Source of the DNA: Felis catus
Taxonomy: Eukaryota
Reading direction: 5' to 3'
DNA: 64,000 nt
Assembly (NCBI RefSeq): GCF_018350175.1
Contig: NC_058368.1
Coordinates: forward strand, 111,106,001 to 111,170,000
Shown here: positions 11,491 to 24,407 of the stretch, piece after piece
Position numbering within the stretch: position 1 is the stretch's first letter
How the letters are laid out: each line of letters begins with the position of its first letter
Program-made: the position numbers and the translations under genes
The notes under the pieces: generated by a model
Databases searched by the model: none
What the model saw: the letters and a program-made list of their open reading frames with translations, nothing else
What the model was told of the DNA's origin: nothing

Positions 11491-14400
11491 TGGACAGAGA
11501 GCCCCCTGGCCTTGCCAGGGGACTACTGTGGGGGCCGAGATTGCACAGAGAGGCTGTGGGAACTCTAGGACACCCACGCTCCCGAAGGAGAGCTTCTGCT
11601 CTCTGTCTCCAGGCTGGGGATGGTGTGGGAGGTGCAAAGGGAAGGAAAAGGGGACCCTTTTCAGGGGGTCACCTTTATCCCCAAAAGCAAAACGCCTTGT
11701 GACACTGGGGTGTTTTCCAGAGCAGACCTTGCTTTGGGAGAGATGGGAGGGGCCAGTGGAGAGAGAAAACCGAGGCCAAGACCAAAGTGTCAGCAGCCCC
11801 CCACACACCCCACCTGGATTTCAGCTTTGGGGAAAGAGTCCTCCCTGTCTCCTAGCTGAGTTGGGGGTGGGGAGTCAAGGGACAAAAGGCTGTCCCACAG
11901 GGAAGCCCAAGCCTCATTTGGAGCTTCATTAGCCACTAACAGTGGAGGTTCACCTGAGGCAGGGAGGCCTTTGGAACAGACTTGGTTCAAAGGAAAGAAA
12001 CTTCGCTAACAAAAAAAGTAGCTTCCCTCTGAAGCCTAGTTATTATTCCAATTAAGCCACACAAAATCTGCTCCCTTAATAACACCCTACCCAGAAGAAT
12101 TCTGGGGTGTTTTCACGGAGGGAAGGTTGGACTGGGAGCAGGCTGAGGGTGGGGTATAGGTCTGAAAGCTGGCAGGTTACCTGTTGGTCCTTGGGCAACA
12201 GGAAACAGCATCACGAGAAGGGTGTTGGCAATCGAAGAGCCCTGTTATAAGAGTCCTTCCTTGCTGTACATGAGCCCCTCAGGGCATTGGTAGGAGGACC
12301 CCTTACCTGGCCCAGGGTTCTCACGATATGACTAGCGCTTATATGGAGAGCCAGCCACTGTGCTTAAGGTTTTACGCTGCTCTCATTTATCCTCACCAGC
12401 TGATTCTGGCCCACGGATGTGTTTAGTTTGGCCGTCTCAAAGTGTTTTTAAAAATTCTGAATCAGTTGCCAACATTTGAAGTTCAAGAGACTTCTGTAAA
12501 AATCCAGATAGAACCTTATCCTCTGGGAGGTATGTCTTTTCCAAGGTCTCTGGTCTCTTGAGGGGTAAAGCTAGGATTTGAACTCGGCACCCCTGAATCC
12601 AGAGCTTCTGCTTTTCTGCTTTGGGAAACGCTGGCTTGGAAATGCCCTCTTTACTGGAAGTGGAGAGACATGGGCAAGACTTCAGGAGAAAAACGGTGGC
12701 TTGCGTTTATAGCACTTCTCCTCGCCCTGCCCCACCTGTGAGAGCACTGGGCTGGCAAGATGCAGGCTAGAGTCAGGGCCCTATCGAAGTCATCTTGTCA
12801 CACTCAGAACCTGGAGGACTGTAAAGATGACAGCTGTGGGTGGCAGAGCATTATTGCCCCATTCAGTCCATGACCCAGGCCATGGGGCTGAAGTCTAAAG
12901 GTCAAGGGCACGTGCTCACAAGCTTTACAGTCTTAGGAAAGTCACTTAACCTCTGTGCTTCCTTTTCCTAATCTGCAAAAGGGAAGCAGTCATCATGCCC
13001 ACTGGCACAGAAGGGCTGTTCTGAGGGTTTCGTGAGGTCCCTGTGTAGCAGGGCATCCCCCTTTTTCTGCCACAATGAGTGTTGAGCTATTTAACCTCCC
13101 TGGCGCCCATGCCGCCTGTGTCCTCAGACCTCCCCCCTGCACCTCTGCACCCTCTGGAGAGCATGTTGCCTGCACCTTTGGAGCTGGCAGCAAGCAGCCC
13201 CAGTGAATGTTTTTGTCATCCTGATCCTACTGTTGGACACTGGAGTGGGGAGAAGCTCCTGGCTAAGGTTAGGTCTGAGGCAGGAGGGTCCTGGCTGGCT
13301 CAGAGGTCTGGACAGTCATGCCCCTGCCCTGGAGAGCTAATGTTCCCTTGTCTCTGCAGGGCCACAATAAGATAAAGGGAAACCCAGGGCTCGGCAGGAA
13401 CAGTCTTGGAGGGGTTGGCAGTGGCAGGCAGCCCATGGGAAGGTGGGGAACCTGGTTGGCCTGCAGCCGGGCTGGGCAGCAGGGGTTTTCTCTCTACTGA
13501 CACTGGCTCCTTGCCCTTTACTGTGGGCAGTGAGGCAGCCCAGGTTCCAGACTAAGAGGGATGTGGTGGAAAATGCTTTGGGTCCTGAATCCCAGATCTC
13601 TTCTCACATTAGGACTCCAGCCACTGACTAGCTGTGAGACCCAAGGCAGGTGAACCAGCCACTTGGTGTGCTCCCCTCCAAGAGGAGTCAAAAGCAAGTT
13701 CTGCCACTCTGGGTTTTGCGTGATTCGAGGAAATGGTGGGTGGGAAAGCACTCCCAACAGGCAGGAGCTCACAGGGCACAAAGGCAGCTCAGTGTGGGCT
13801 CAGGGATCAGACCACGTGGATTCAAATCCCAGTTCAGCCAGTTACTAGCACAACAAGGTCCTGCACCACTCCAGAAAGGGGAGCCAATAGCTCACAACTT
13901 CCGGGTTGTTAGGAACACGAGCTGAGGTAGTGTTGGTAGAGGAATGAGCTCAGTATGGAGAGCTTCCCTTCTTACCTTGAAGTCAAATGCTATAGTTGAG
14001 ATAGAGTTGATTTGAACTCTAATGTGGAGAAGGACATTGGGGGAGGGAGGGCAGCCCAGCCTAGGACCAGTCACCCTGGGCCTGGTGTGTCTCAGGGACC
14101 CAACTTGGAGCCATTCTGCCCCTACCCCTTTTCCACGCCCCTCTGGCCACCACTCTCAGGATGTGCCCTTAGTGCTGTGTGAGCTGGCTTGTCTCTAAAC
14201 TCACATGGCAATGGTCCCTCTGGAAGAATCTTGTTTCCTCTTCCTGCCCCTCCTCGGCACCCTGCAGAACACCAGATGGGAGTGGATTCTCTGGAAGGCC
14301 TGAGTTGCCTTGAGTGGAAGCTGGGGCTGGGCAGGCCCTAATCATTGTTCTGGGGCTGCTGACCCCCTTGCCCTCCTCCCTCTGTCGTCTTTGGCCAGAC

Positions 14401-14650
14401 TCCTGCTCATCTGAGGCTCTGAGCTCAGGAAGTGGGAGATGCAGCCCCCTGCCCCACCCCCAGGAGTCCTGTGGGTGGGTGGGTGGGGAGAGGGCGAGGA
14501 TGGCTGGGGAGAAGGCTACGGCAGGACCTATTCTCATTCTTCACTGCAGCAGGGGGGAGTATGGGGAGGTAGGTGATCAGGCAATTTTCTGAGAGATTGA
14601 GGATTTCCTGTGCCTCCTGTAAATGTAATGGGGCCTGCCTTTTATTGCAG

Positions 14651-14708
14651 ATGGAAGAGAAGAGGCGAAAATACTCCATCAGCAGCGACAACTCTGACAC
14701 CACTGACA
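14651..14708 (+). CDS. JADE2: JADE2 coding exon 1 (MEEKRRKYSISSDNSDTTD)
   Basis: Acceptor ttttattgcag immediately before ATG; donor A|gtaagg; 58 nt, ends in phase 1. Confidence 0.97.
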
Positions 14709-16747
14709 GTAAGGCCTTCCTGCTTGGGGCTCCTACAAGGAAAGCATTTAAATAATTAACAGGCCCACAGGCCCAGATTGGGGGAGGCTGCCCCATGGTC
14801 TCCATGTTGACAAAAGCATAAATCAGGCCAGGTCCTTGTGCTCCTATGAAAGTCTCCACACCCTGTGGCCTCCAGAGCCTGGTGTTCTATTCACCCTGTA
14901 CCCTTTTATCCCCTAGGTCTCAGTCCCATGTGTTTTGATCTGGTTGGAAAAGATCAAATCCCCTCTGGGTGTTTGCATATGCTGCACCTGGCTCCTCAGA
15001 ACACTTCCCGTTCCCTCTGGCCCTTCTGTTAAATCAGGGCCCTGTAGGAAGTCTCTACACAACGGACAGAAAACCTGTTTCTTTTTGTTATAATTACCCG
15101 ATATGAATATCATGTCCTAACGAGCCATAAGCTCCTTGATGAGAGGGGTTATGTTTGGCTCACTGCTGTATCCCCAGCTAGATCCGGCACATAATAGGTG
15201 TTAAATAAATGCTTGTTGAGGGAGTTAATGAGGCATCTTGGCAGTAGAATCTCAGAGGTAGACTTGTGTATGGGCTAGGTGTGGAAGCTGGATGTCCTGG
15301 GGTCAAGGGAGCCGCAAAGAAAAAGGGGTCAAAGAGAAAAGGGAGCTTAGGGAGCCTCTTCTCAAATTTGGGGGAGGTAAGGGAGGTTTGTATAAGGAGA
15401 GAGCTTTTCTCTGGTACCAAAAGGCAGCTCTTCCCAGATGCTGCAGGAACCTGGGCCTGCATGAAATAGCCAAGTAAGGCATTCTGTTCTGCCCTATGTA
15501 GGAGAGGTGCGCTGCCAGGCAGATCCCACCAACAGTGCATGCTGGTGGGAGCCCAGGCTGAGGAAGAGGCTGAACTAACTGCCAGGGAGGCTGGGCCTGG
15601 AGTCCTGTAGCTCTAAACCTCAGTCTGTTCATATGTGGTGAGCAACTGGGATTTGGGAGATCTCCAAGGCCCCTTGGAGCTCCTGGAGTTTCACAGCCCC
15701 CCAACAGTCTGAAGATAGATGCACACTAGATGGCCAGTCCATCCCAGCCCCTTCCCTACCTCCAGGTCTCGTTCACTGTCCTTTGGGGTCTGTTTGCTCG
15801 CCTTGGCTCTGGTGTCTAACCTGGCCAGCCCTTCCTCCCTGCAGCAGGAGATCACAGCATCCGGCCCTCTGTGGCCACAACCACACTGCCTGTGGCTTGT
15901 CTCAGTAGAGCCAAGAAGAACCGCATCCTCCGCTTCTAACTCCATTGCAGACGAAGGAACTCTTGAAGGCCAGGCACCTGCAAGAGTGGCTGTCTGGGCA
16001 GCTGCATCACAGTTGGGCAAGGGTACTCCCTTTCCACCAGCCCCCACCACTGTACACCCCCATGGCTGTTGCTCCTTTGACCCTTGGGGTGGAGGTCACA
16101 GTCTTTGAGTCCAGTAAGGGTCTTAAACCCTAATGATAATCGCTAATATTTATGGAGGCGGTGGTCTGTGCCAGGGACTGTACTGACACTTTACAGGCAT
16201 AATACTATTTCATCCTCCCAACAACCTTTTGCCCCCATTTTAGAGAAGGGCAAACTGAGACTCCAAGAGGGTAAGTCATTTGCCCAGGGTGACAAGTTAG
16301 GAAATGGGTCTACTTGTAGCGTAGCGTTCTTCCCACCTCCCTTTTGTCCCTCTTTATATCCACTGGGCATCATCCCAGAGTATCTAAACCTGGGGCAGGA
16401 ATGAAGAGTGGCCACAGAAGGCTTATTCTGGTCCTCCTTCACCAAGGAGGAAGCAGAGGACCAAAGAGGGCAAGGGACTTGTCACGGGTCGTACAGTAAA
16501 CTAATACTGAGTCCTGGCCACTGCCTTTTATTTCCTAAGTCCCTTATGCTTGGTGAGTGGAGGAGGTATTCATGTCCGCATTCATCATTGATGAAGTCCA
16601 GAGCAGGGACAGGTGCTCACAGAGGTTTCCACCTGCTGAACATTCAAGCCAGACCCTTCCTTACAGGCTTCCTATGCTTGGATGTGGGTGGGTGGGTGGT
16701 GTTCCCTGCCTTCCAGGGGCCCCTAATGGGCTGTGCTCTCTCTGCAG

Positions 16748-16836
16748 GTCACGCTACATCTGCGTCAAGATGCTCCAAACTGCCCAGCAGCACCAAGTCG
16801 GGCTGGCCCCGGCAGAACGAAAAGAAGCCCTCCGAG
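16748..16836 (+). CDS. JADE2: JADE2 coding exon 2 (SHATSASRCSKLPSSTKSGWPRQNEKKPSE)
   Basis: ctctctctgcag acceptor, GAG|gtgggt donor; 89 nt restores phase 0. Confidence 0.96.
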
Positions 16837-19800
16837 GTGGGTAGTGACAGGTGTCCAGAGAAAGATGAAGCAGTGGTGGAGAAGCCACAGGAGAAGAGAC
16901 CTGTGGACGGTTAAGGGAATAAAACTCTGCAGATGTATGGGAGAGAGCGTTCCTGGCAGAGGGTCCAGTCACCAGAGCGAGGCCAGAGTGGTTGAGTGGA
17001 ATGAATGGGAGGAGGGGGTGTGGATGCCAAGCTTTGTAGGATGTTGTAAAAATGTTCCAAGTGAGCTGAGCAAGAAGAGAAGCCTTTCAAGGATCATAAG
17101 CAGGGTAATGACATAGCCTGATGTTTTAATAAAAGGCCCCACTGACTGCTATGAGGAGGAAGGAGGACTCTTTTGCAGTTGTCCAGAAGAAAAGCAGTGG
17201 TGGCTGAGAGCTGAGTAGTAGCAGTGGAGAAAGAAGCAGTAGGATTTGGGGTGTTCTGGTGGCTAAGCCAAGGGTGATGGGATGTGCTGATACAAGGGTG
17301 ACGGCTGTGGTCCTCGGGATCATCTATCCAGTTAGGTCATCTGCTCCGTGTTCTTCCTGTTTCACCTGCATTCTAAGTCTTCCTTACTCTGACCTGGGAT
17401 GTTTCTTGTGGCAGGTAGAGGTGTTTGACTTCTTGAACTGTGGAGAAGTGTGTCAGGAGTGGGTAGTGCTGGACACGCGGGGCCATTGTGATCCTGCTTC
17501 TTGTGGCCACTGACAAATCACATCCTAGGGCCACATCACTCTCTTTCAGGTCTTCAGTGCATTGCACTGGGGACAGCAGATGCCCTTGGCCCAGACGCAA
17601 TTGAAAGAGCATTGAACACCCAAGAAGCAGGGGGTTTGAATCTGGGCCTTAAGAGAGACATTGTTCTGTAGCCTACAGAGTAGCCAGGAGCTGGGCTGAA
17701 CACTTGACTTTTTTAATCCTTAAAAGTAACTTAGGGTTCTCAATCCTCCTCTTACAGTAAAGAAATTGAGGATCTGTATAGCCAGGACTTGACGCTCTTG
17801 AGGCCAGTAGTGCCAAGGGTAGAAGGGCCTAGAGTCTTGAGGCAGAGCTCCTGACATGGAGTGGGGGAGGGTATCTTTGTTCTGAGCCTGGAGTCCTCTC
17901 TCCCCACTAACCACAGGGGCATTCATGACTATGGGGGCCAATCCTGAGCAGCAGTAGTTAGCCAGCCCCTAAGATGCAGTGGAGGCATCTTTTGTAGAAC
18001 CTTGCATTTGAAAAATAACTCCCCAGGTCCTGGAGCTGGCCTAGCCTAGGACTTTTGTATGTTTGGCAGGGGAGGGCAGGTAGTTGAGACCCGATGTCTC
18101 CCATCCCCGTCCTTTAACTTAGTGTCTTCCTTTGGCCCTGTGGGAGAGGGGTGGAGATGGAAGGAGATACCTTTAGGAATGCTGTGAGGACTGGAACAAG
18201 AGGTGGGCAGGGGGATGCTGTTTTGAGATTCTTAGTGCCCTCGTGGACTAGCCCTGCTCAGTGGCTATATGGGATGTGCTCAAGGGCACTGGGACATAAG
18301 AGGCAGAGTGTGCTCTAGAGCCCTGGGAGCCTCTGGGGCTGCCTTTCTGCTCCTCCACCCTTATTCCCCACCTGTCCTCCCACCCTCTTCTTAGAGCCAC
18401 AGGGGCTCCCCAGTGGCTATGGTTGAATTAGTAAAACAATAGCCACCGTTATGTGCCTTCCAAGTACCTAGGAAGCAGGAATTCTCTTCCCATTTTGGAG
18501 ATGAGGATTCTGCCTGCCCCTGCTCTCAATGTTGGAGAAGAGTTGGGCAGTTCTGGGGAGCTCCTGGGGCTGGCTGGTTCCCCAGACTCTGCCTACCCTG
18601 CTTCCTCCAAGCTCCAGGAGGAGGTGGGGCCATTTCTCAGGGTAGAAATCCCAGGGGCAGGACTGCCATCTCTATCCTGGATAGGCCAGGGGCTGGGAGG
18701 AAACAGGTGTCTGCAAAGGCCGAGGGGAAGAGTGATTTGCATGGGGTTGAAAATTCCCCTCCCTCTTGGGTTTTCCAGCGCAGAGCCTTTGAACCTTTCT
18801 CCACCTAAAAATAGAGTTAAATCATCAAAAGGCCGTTGATGCCAGGCCTTGCTGGCTACTGGTTGTGCATGGCACTGGGTTCGAGCCCAGGGGCCTCTGC
18901 AGGCAGCTCTGAGGCCTGACTGGCATCACCCGCCCTCAACTCCTGGGCTCCAGGAGGGCTGAGGAAGTCCTCACTGCCTTGAACTGTCGCCAAGGACAAG
19001 CTTTTCCTCCCACAGCAGGCTGGAGTGCAGCCTGTGAGGTTTCCCTTGTCCCCTAAGTGAGGAGGCTGAGCCATAGCCGGCATAAATTCCAAGTGATCGT
19101 GGGGCCGAGAGGAAACCATCAATGAAAGCTTCCAAATTATTTGGCTCATGAGAAGGCAGAGATGAAAAGCAACGATTTGGCGGCAGATAACGTTAACACT
19201 AAATCTCCTCTCTGGGCTGTTCCCCTCTCTTTCTGTGAATGGGTTGGAGAGGCGGGCCTTTAGAGTCTGCTGGGCCTGGGGACCAAAGGCTTTGGTCACC
19301 CTGGTGAAAGGGGATCTGGGAGTCCCAACTCTCCAGTACTCTAAAGTAAGACACCTGTGGGGTAGTTGTCAGTCTGGCCCAAGGTCCCAGCCACAATGTT
19401 TGCAAATGGATGTGCATGGTGCATTCCCCTCCCTGGTGGGGAACCCTTGGTTCCCTTTGTCTCTTCATCTCTGAATGTGGACAGTGATGGCATGGGGGAT
19501 TTGAGGGCTAGGAGTATATAGCATAGCAGCAGTACCAATACCTAGTTAAGCCAAAAGCCACAGAAAGGGCTGGGCTTGGGTTTATGCCAGATGGGCGACT
19601 GCCCCTGTGATGACCTGCCAGGGGCTGCCCTTCCCAGTGCACCCGAAGGTATAAATCTCAGAGCCCCATCTACACTGGAGTAAGGTGCTGTAGGGCAAAA
19701 AAAAGTGTTCGGATCAGGAGTCAGGACCCTGGACAGGGCTGAGGCCTTGAGACCCAGCTTCCCCTCTGGCCTCTAACCAGTGGGTGGCCTCCCTCAGCCA

Positions 19801-22175
19801 GAGTTGGGGGGGGGGGGGGGGGGGGAGTACCGGTCTCAGTACTGGAGCTGAAGGGACAGGCCCCGGGATTCTTGAGAGGCTGGATTTTTGGTAAAAATGA
19901 ACCAAGTCTGAAGTTGGCCCTTTGGTAGTAGAAGGAAAAGGTAGTGTTGACCCCAAGGACACAGGCTGCCCCCTTCCTCTGTTCTGCCTGCCTATAGGAT
20001 CCCAACAAAGCTGAGATTTGTCGCTTAAGGCTTAAGTCCTGAAGGAGTAGAAGGGATTAGCCTGCCCTGGGAAGGTGGTACTAGTGTATAAACCATGCTG
20101 AGGCCTTGGATTTCTGGCCTGGCTTGTCTGACCAGATGGTATAACCATTATTGGTGCTTAACACTTTGTGGGGCCTATTTCTGAGAATCTGATGGAATCC
20201 CAAAGATTATTCTTTTAAATATTAATACCAGGCCCTCATCCCATCCCACCTCACCCCCAGGAATTCTGACTTAAATGGCCTGGAGTGTAGTCCCAAGTAT
20301 CTGTTCTTCTTTAAAGCCCTTTTGTTGGTCTACTGCCACAGACCTTTCTCCTTAATTTACTAAGACAGGAGGTCCTGGCTTGATCCTTCCTGGAAGGACC
20401 CTGAGGTTGAAGGAGGAAGAGGAGGCTTTCCAGCCTGTTTCAGTGAACTAAGCAAAAGCAGGGAGTGTGGTTGAGGGCAGGCCCCCAGCTGACCCCTACT
20501 CACATAGTGGCCAGGGGGACAGACAGGTTTCCATCGCCCTGGCCGAGCTATGAAGGAGTTCTGGAGGAGAAATGAGGCCAGCCCCCTGGGTTGGAGGCTG
20601 CTGTTTGAGGCTGTGTCTTCCTCAGGCCTGGGCAGAAAGGTAGAAGGAAGGGCAGGCCGAGTGGTGGGGTTTCCCCTCCAGACAGGGTTTTCAGGAAGTC
20701 TGAGTCCCCGGAAATCAGCCAGTGGGCAGGGACATGGGTCTCCAGGACCCAAGAGCTACTGATAATGATTAAACTCAACAAGCACTTGAGAACGCCTGAT
20801 AGGCCCAGCTGGGTGCTAGGGGTACAGAAAATGCAGGCCCTGTCCCCAGGGAACTGGTCCTTTGACTGGCAGCAGGATGCAGGTGCTAAACAGGAAAGTG
20901 TCCGTTATGGGAGGTGCAGCCAGCTTTGCCACTGAGGAGCTCTGTGACTTTGGGCAAGTGACTCTATCTCCCTGAGCCTGCAGGTCGTTATCTGTAGAGC
21001 CCTGCCATGGAGTTTCTGTTCAGTAGATAGGACTGTCCTTTGCTGAGGCCTCTGAAGCCTGAAGGTGGAGGAGATCCCAGAAATAAGTGGAGGTAAAACT
21101 GGCCTCCCTGGGGTCAAAGCCTTGATGGTCCCAGAACAGGGTAGGTAGGAGTTGGGACCTGACCGTCAGCTTCCTTTGCAGGCCCTGGTGACAAATCAGT
21201 ATATCCCTAGAGGAGAGAATAGGGCCTCTCTGCGGGTTCCACAGGGGCCCTTCACCAATGCTCAGCTTCTTGCCCTAGGGGAAGAAGGGGCATGCTAGAA
21301 AAAAGTGATTCTTAATGAACAGTTTCCGTCACCACTGAGGTGTCTGCCAGAACCAGTGTCCGTGAAAGTTCCTATAGAAGTCTCCCCCACCCCTTCTGAA
21401 AAAGCAGCAAGTGAAGAGCAAGGATGAAGCTTATTGGCTTGATCTGTTGTTTCTAAAAATGGGACCCTTCAACCTTGGGTGAAGGCACGGGTAGCCAGAA
21501 TGTGTTGCTGAGATGCAAAACCACAGGATGGATAAGATGTTTTCCTGGAGGAGTACAGGTGCTATGCAGATGTTTGAAATGACAGATTTTATATTAAAAC
21601 AGTGATGGCATATATTGTAACAAAATGCCCATAATCTTGAGAGGTCAAACAGGAGAAATCGAAAAAGGTTTCATGTTTGCCCTGTGGTCTTAAGCTATGT
21701 TTATAGCCAGCGGCTCCTCTGCCGCCCCATGAGGCAGTAAGGCAGCCAGGCGGGCAATGAAGGGGAGCCCTTCCACTGGGTTAAGTGCCTACTTTCTGAG
21801 ACTGTCGCCTCCTTCCTCTGGGGTGGGGGGCAGAATCCACTTCTAGTATAGTTGGAAACACCACTGCTCCCGCCAGCTGGAAATTCCTCCTGGCCTCTGG
21901 GGCTTCTCTTGCAAAAGAAATGTGTGTAATAAATTCTTTAAAGAGCAGGAAGTGCTGTTATCCTTGTGAAAGAGAAAGAGGGTGTGTGTGAGAGAGACAG
22001 AGACAGAGAGAGAGGAGGGGGGAGAAGTGTCTGACCAAATTAACCTAGTGGTAGCTTGGATGGGGCTGGGCAGAGTGTGGCTACGCTCAGAGTGCTTCTC
22101 TGATGTTTTATGCCTAATTTAAGTTTGTTCTTGGCTTGAGATATTTTTATCGTGTTCCAGCCCAAGAAAGAGTTC

Positions 22176-22664
22176 TTTTTTTTTTTCTCATATCAAAGTA
22201 TCCTATTTATTTCAATGGCAAATATAAAGGAATTAAACTACACACTAATAAAAATATTTAATTGTTAAAAATTCAAACAAAAATTCCCAAAAAAGTAGTA
22301 AAGCCAAGGAAATACCCTCATCAATTAATCTCAAAACTTCACTGTAGAAGTAGTCTAAAAAATTTTCATTGCAAAAAAGTTCATATAATGTTATCTACTA
22401 TTATCAGTATTATCGCTAATTACCACTTGATTACATTTTATATCATCTAGTCTAGCACAAGAAGAAAAGTTATTGAAGATCAAAACACATGCATATGCTT
22501 CTTCAGTATCAAAGTATTATCTGTATTATTAGGAACTTCAGGTTTATAAGCAAAGGGTTCTGATCAAATAAACTGACCCAAAGAGTCTTAACAATCCCCT
22601 CAGCCTATGAACTGGTCTTCTTTCTGACTCTAGGCCCTGGCCTCTCTTTTCTTAGAGCATTTTC
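22176..22664 (-). other. Putative L1 3'-transduced segment with its own poly-A
   Basis: Lies between the L1 tail and a second T11 tract (22176-22186); minus-strand AATAAA at 22206-22211; a direct repeat brackets L1 plus this segment. Confidence 0.75.
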
Positions 22665-23327
22665 TTTTTTTTTTTTTTTTAATTAATTAATTAATTAATT
22701 AATTTTAATTTTATTTTTTAAAATTTACATCCAAATTAGTTAGCATATAGTGCAACAATGATTTCAGGGGTGGATTCCTTAGTGTCCGTTACCCATTTAG
22801 CCCATCCCCCCTCCCACAACCCAACTAGTAACCTTCAGTTTGTTCTCCATATTTATGAGTCTTTTCTGTTTTGTCCCCCTCCCTGTTTTTATACTATTTT
22901 TGCTTCCCTTCCCTTATGTTCATCTGTTTTGTCTCTTAAAGTCCTCATATGAGTGAAGTCATGTGATTTTTGTCTTTCTCTGACTAATTTCACTTAGCAT
23001 AATACCCTCTAGTTCCATCCACGTAGTTGCAGATGGCAAGATGTCGTTCTTTTTGATTTCTGAGTAATACTCCATTGTATATATATATCACATCTTCTTT
23101 ATCCATTCATGCATCGGTGGACATTTGGGCTCTTTCCATACTTTGGCTATTGTTGATAGTGCTGCTATAAACATGGGGGTGCATGTGTCCCTTCGACACA
23201 GCACACCTGTATCCCGTGGGTAAATGCCTAGTAGTGCAATTGCTGGGTCGTAGGGCACTTCTATTTTTAGTTTTTTGAGGAACCTCCACACTGTTTTCCA
23301 GAGTGTCTGCACCAGCTTGCATTCCCA
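22665..23327 (-). mobile_element. 5'-truncated carnivore L1 (ORF2 C-terminus, 3' UTR and poly-A)
   Basis: Minus ORF 23088-23312 [29 protein letters not shown]...[19 protein letters not shown] is the L1 ORF2p C-terminus; T-rich tail at 22665-22720. Confidence 0.95.
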
Positions 23328-23481
23328 AAGAAAAAGTTCTTAAAAGAAGAAATATCTGGCTGGTTCCTTGGCAGTATTGCAGTGATTAAAGTACAATGCA
23401 GGCCTCAAATAAGTGGTTTACTTCTTTGAGTCTCAGTTTCTCTGTCTGTAAAATGGGGGTAATATGAATTAGGTGAGGTTA

Positions 23482-23485
<4 letters not shown>

Positions 23486-23524
<39 letters not shown>
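23486..23524. repeat. (TG)n microsatellite
   Basis: About 19 uninterrupted TG units. Confidence 0.95.
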
Positions 23525-23526
<2 letters not shown>

Positions 23527-23652
23527 CACGTACAAAAAGCATTTAGCATGCACCTTGTTTTAACAGGACAATGACTTTTCAACATTAGCTATTGTTTCTA
23601 AAGAGATGAAGTGCTCAGAAAAAGCAATTGTGATTTAAAATGAGGTATTTGG

Positions 23653-23873
23653 AGGGTGCGTGGGTGGCTCAGTCAGTTAAGCATCCAGCTTCACCTCAGG
23701 TCATGATCTCGCAGTCCATGAGTTTGAACCCTGTGTCAGGCTCTGTGCTGACAGTTCAGAGCCTGGAGCCTGCTTTGGATTCTGTCTCCCTCTCTCTCTG
23801 TCCTTCCCCTGCTTGCGTGTTCTCTCTCTCTCTCTCCCTCAAAAATAAACAAACATTAAATAAATAAACAAAC
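23653..23873 (+). mobile_element. Can-SINE (SINEC)
   Basis: tRNA-like head gggtggctcagtcagttaag, (CT)n, A-rich tail; TSD aaaa(t/c)gaggtatttgg at 23637 and 23874. Confidence 0.92.
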
Positions 23874-24215
23874 AAAACGAGGTATTTGGTAGTAATTTCA
23901 CTTGGCTTTTTCAAGACAGACCCTCCATTTTGGGGGAGATTAGGAGGAGGGTGCCACTCCTACCTTTACTCCTAATGTGGACAGAGGTCAAGGAGAGGCA
24001 CTCTTGGCCAGGCACTCTTGGCCAAAGCTGTTTTCATTGGCTTTGGGACAGTGACCAAGACCAGTTCCTAAAGTCCACCTAGAGGGACCTTTCAGTTCAG
24101 CCCCCTGCCTCCACTCTCCCTACTAGACAGGACAGGAAGCTTCAGAGTTTAATCATACTTAGACAAATCCTGGGGTTCATTCATTCATTCATTCATTTGT
24201 TGTAAACCATTTCTT

Positions 24216-24407
24216 TTTCATTTTCTTTTTCTTGTTTTTTTTTTTTTTTTTTTGAGAGAGAGAGGGGGCAAATGAGTGAGGGTGGAGTGAGAGAGAGAGA
24301 GAGAGAGAAGTGGGGCTCACCCACTGCAGGGCTCGAAGCTTGCAAACTGTGATTTCATGTCCTGAGCCAAAGTCAGATGCTTAACTGGCTGAGCCATCCA
24401 GGTGCCC
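24216..24407 (-). mobile_element. Can-SINE
   Basis: T tail, (GA)n, ends gagccatccaggtgccc; TSD tgttgta..ccatttctt on both sides. Confidence 0.88.

Noticed and set aside
14573..14650. ORF extension upstream of the JADE2 ATG (MIRQFSERL...)
   Set aside because: Starts at GTG and runs through the branch point, pyrimidine tract and AG acceptor; intronic.
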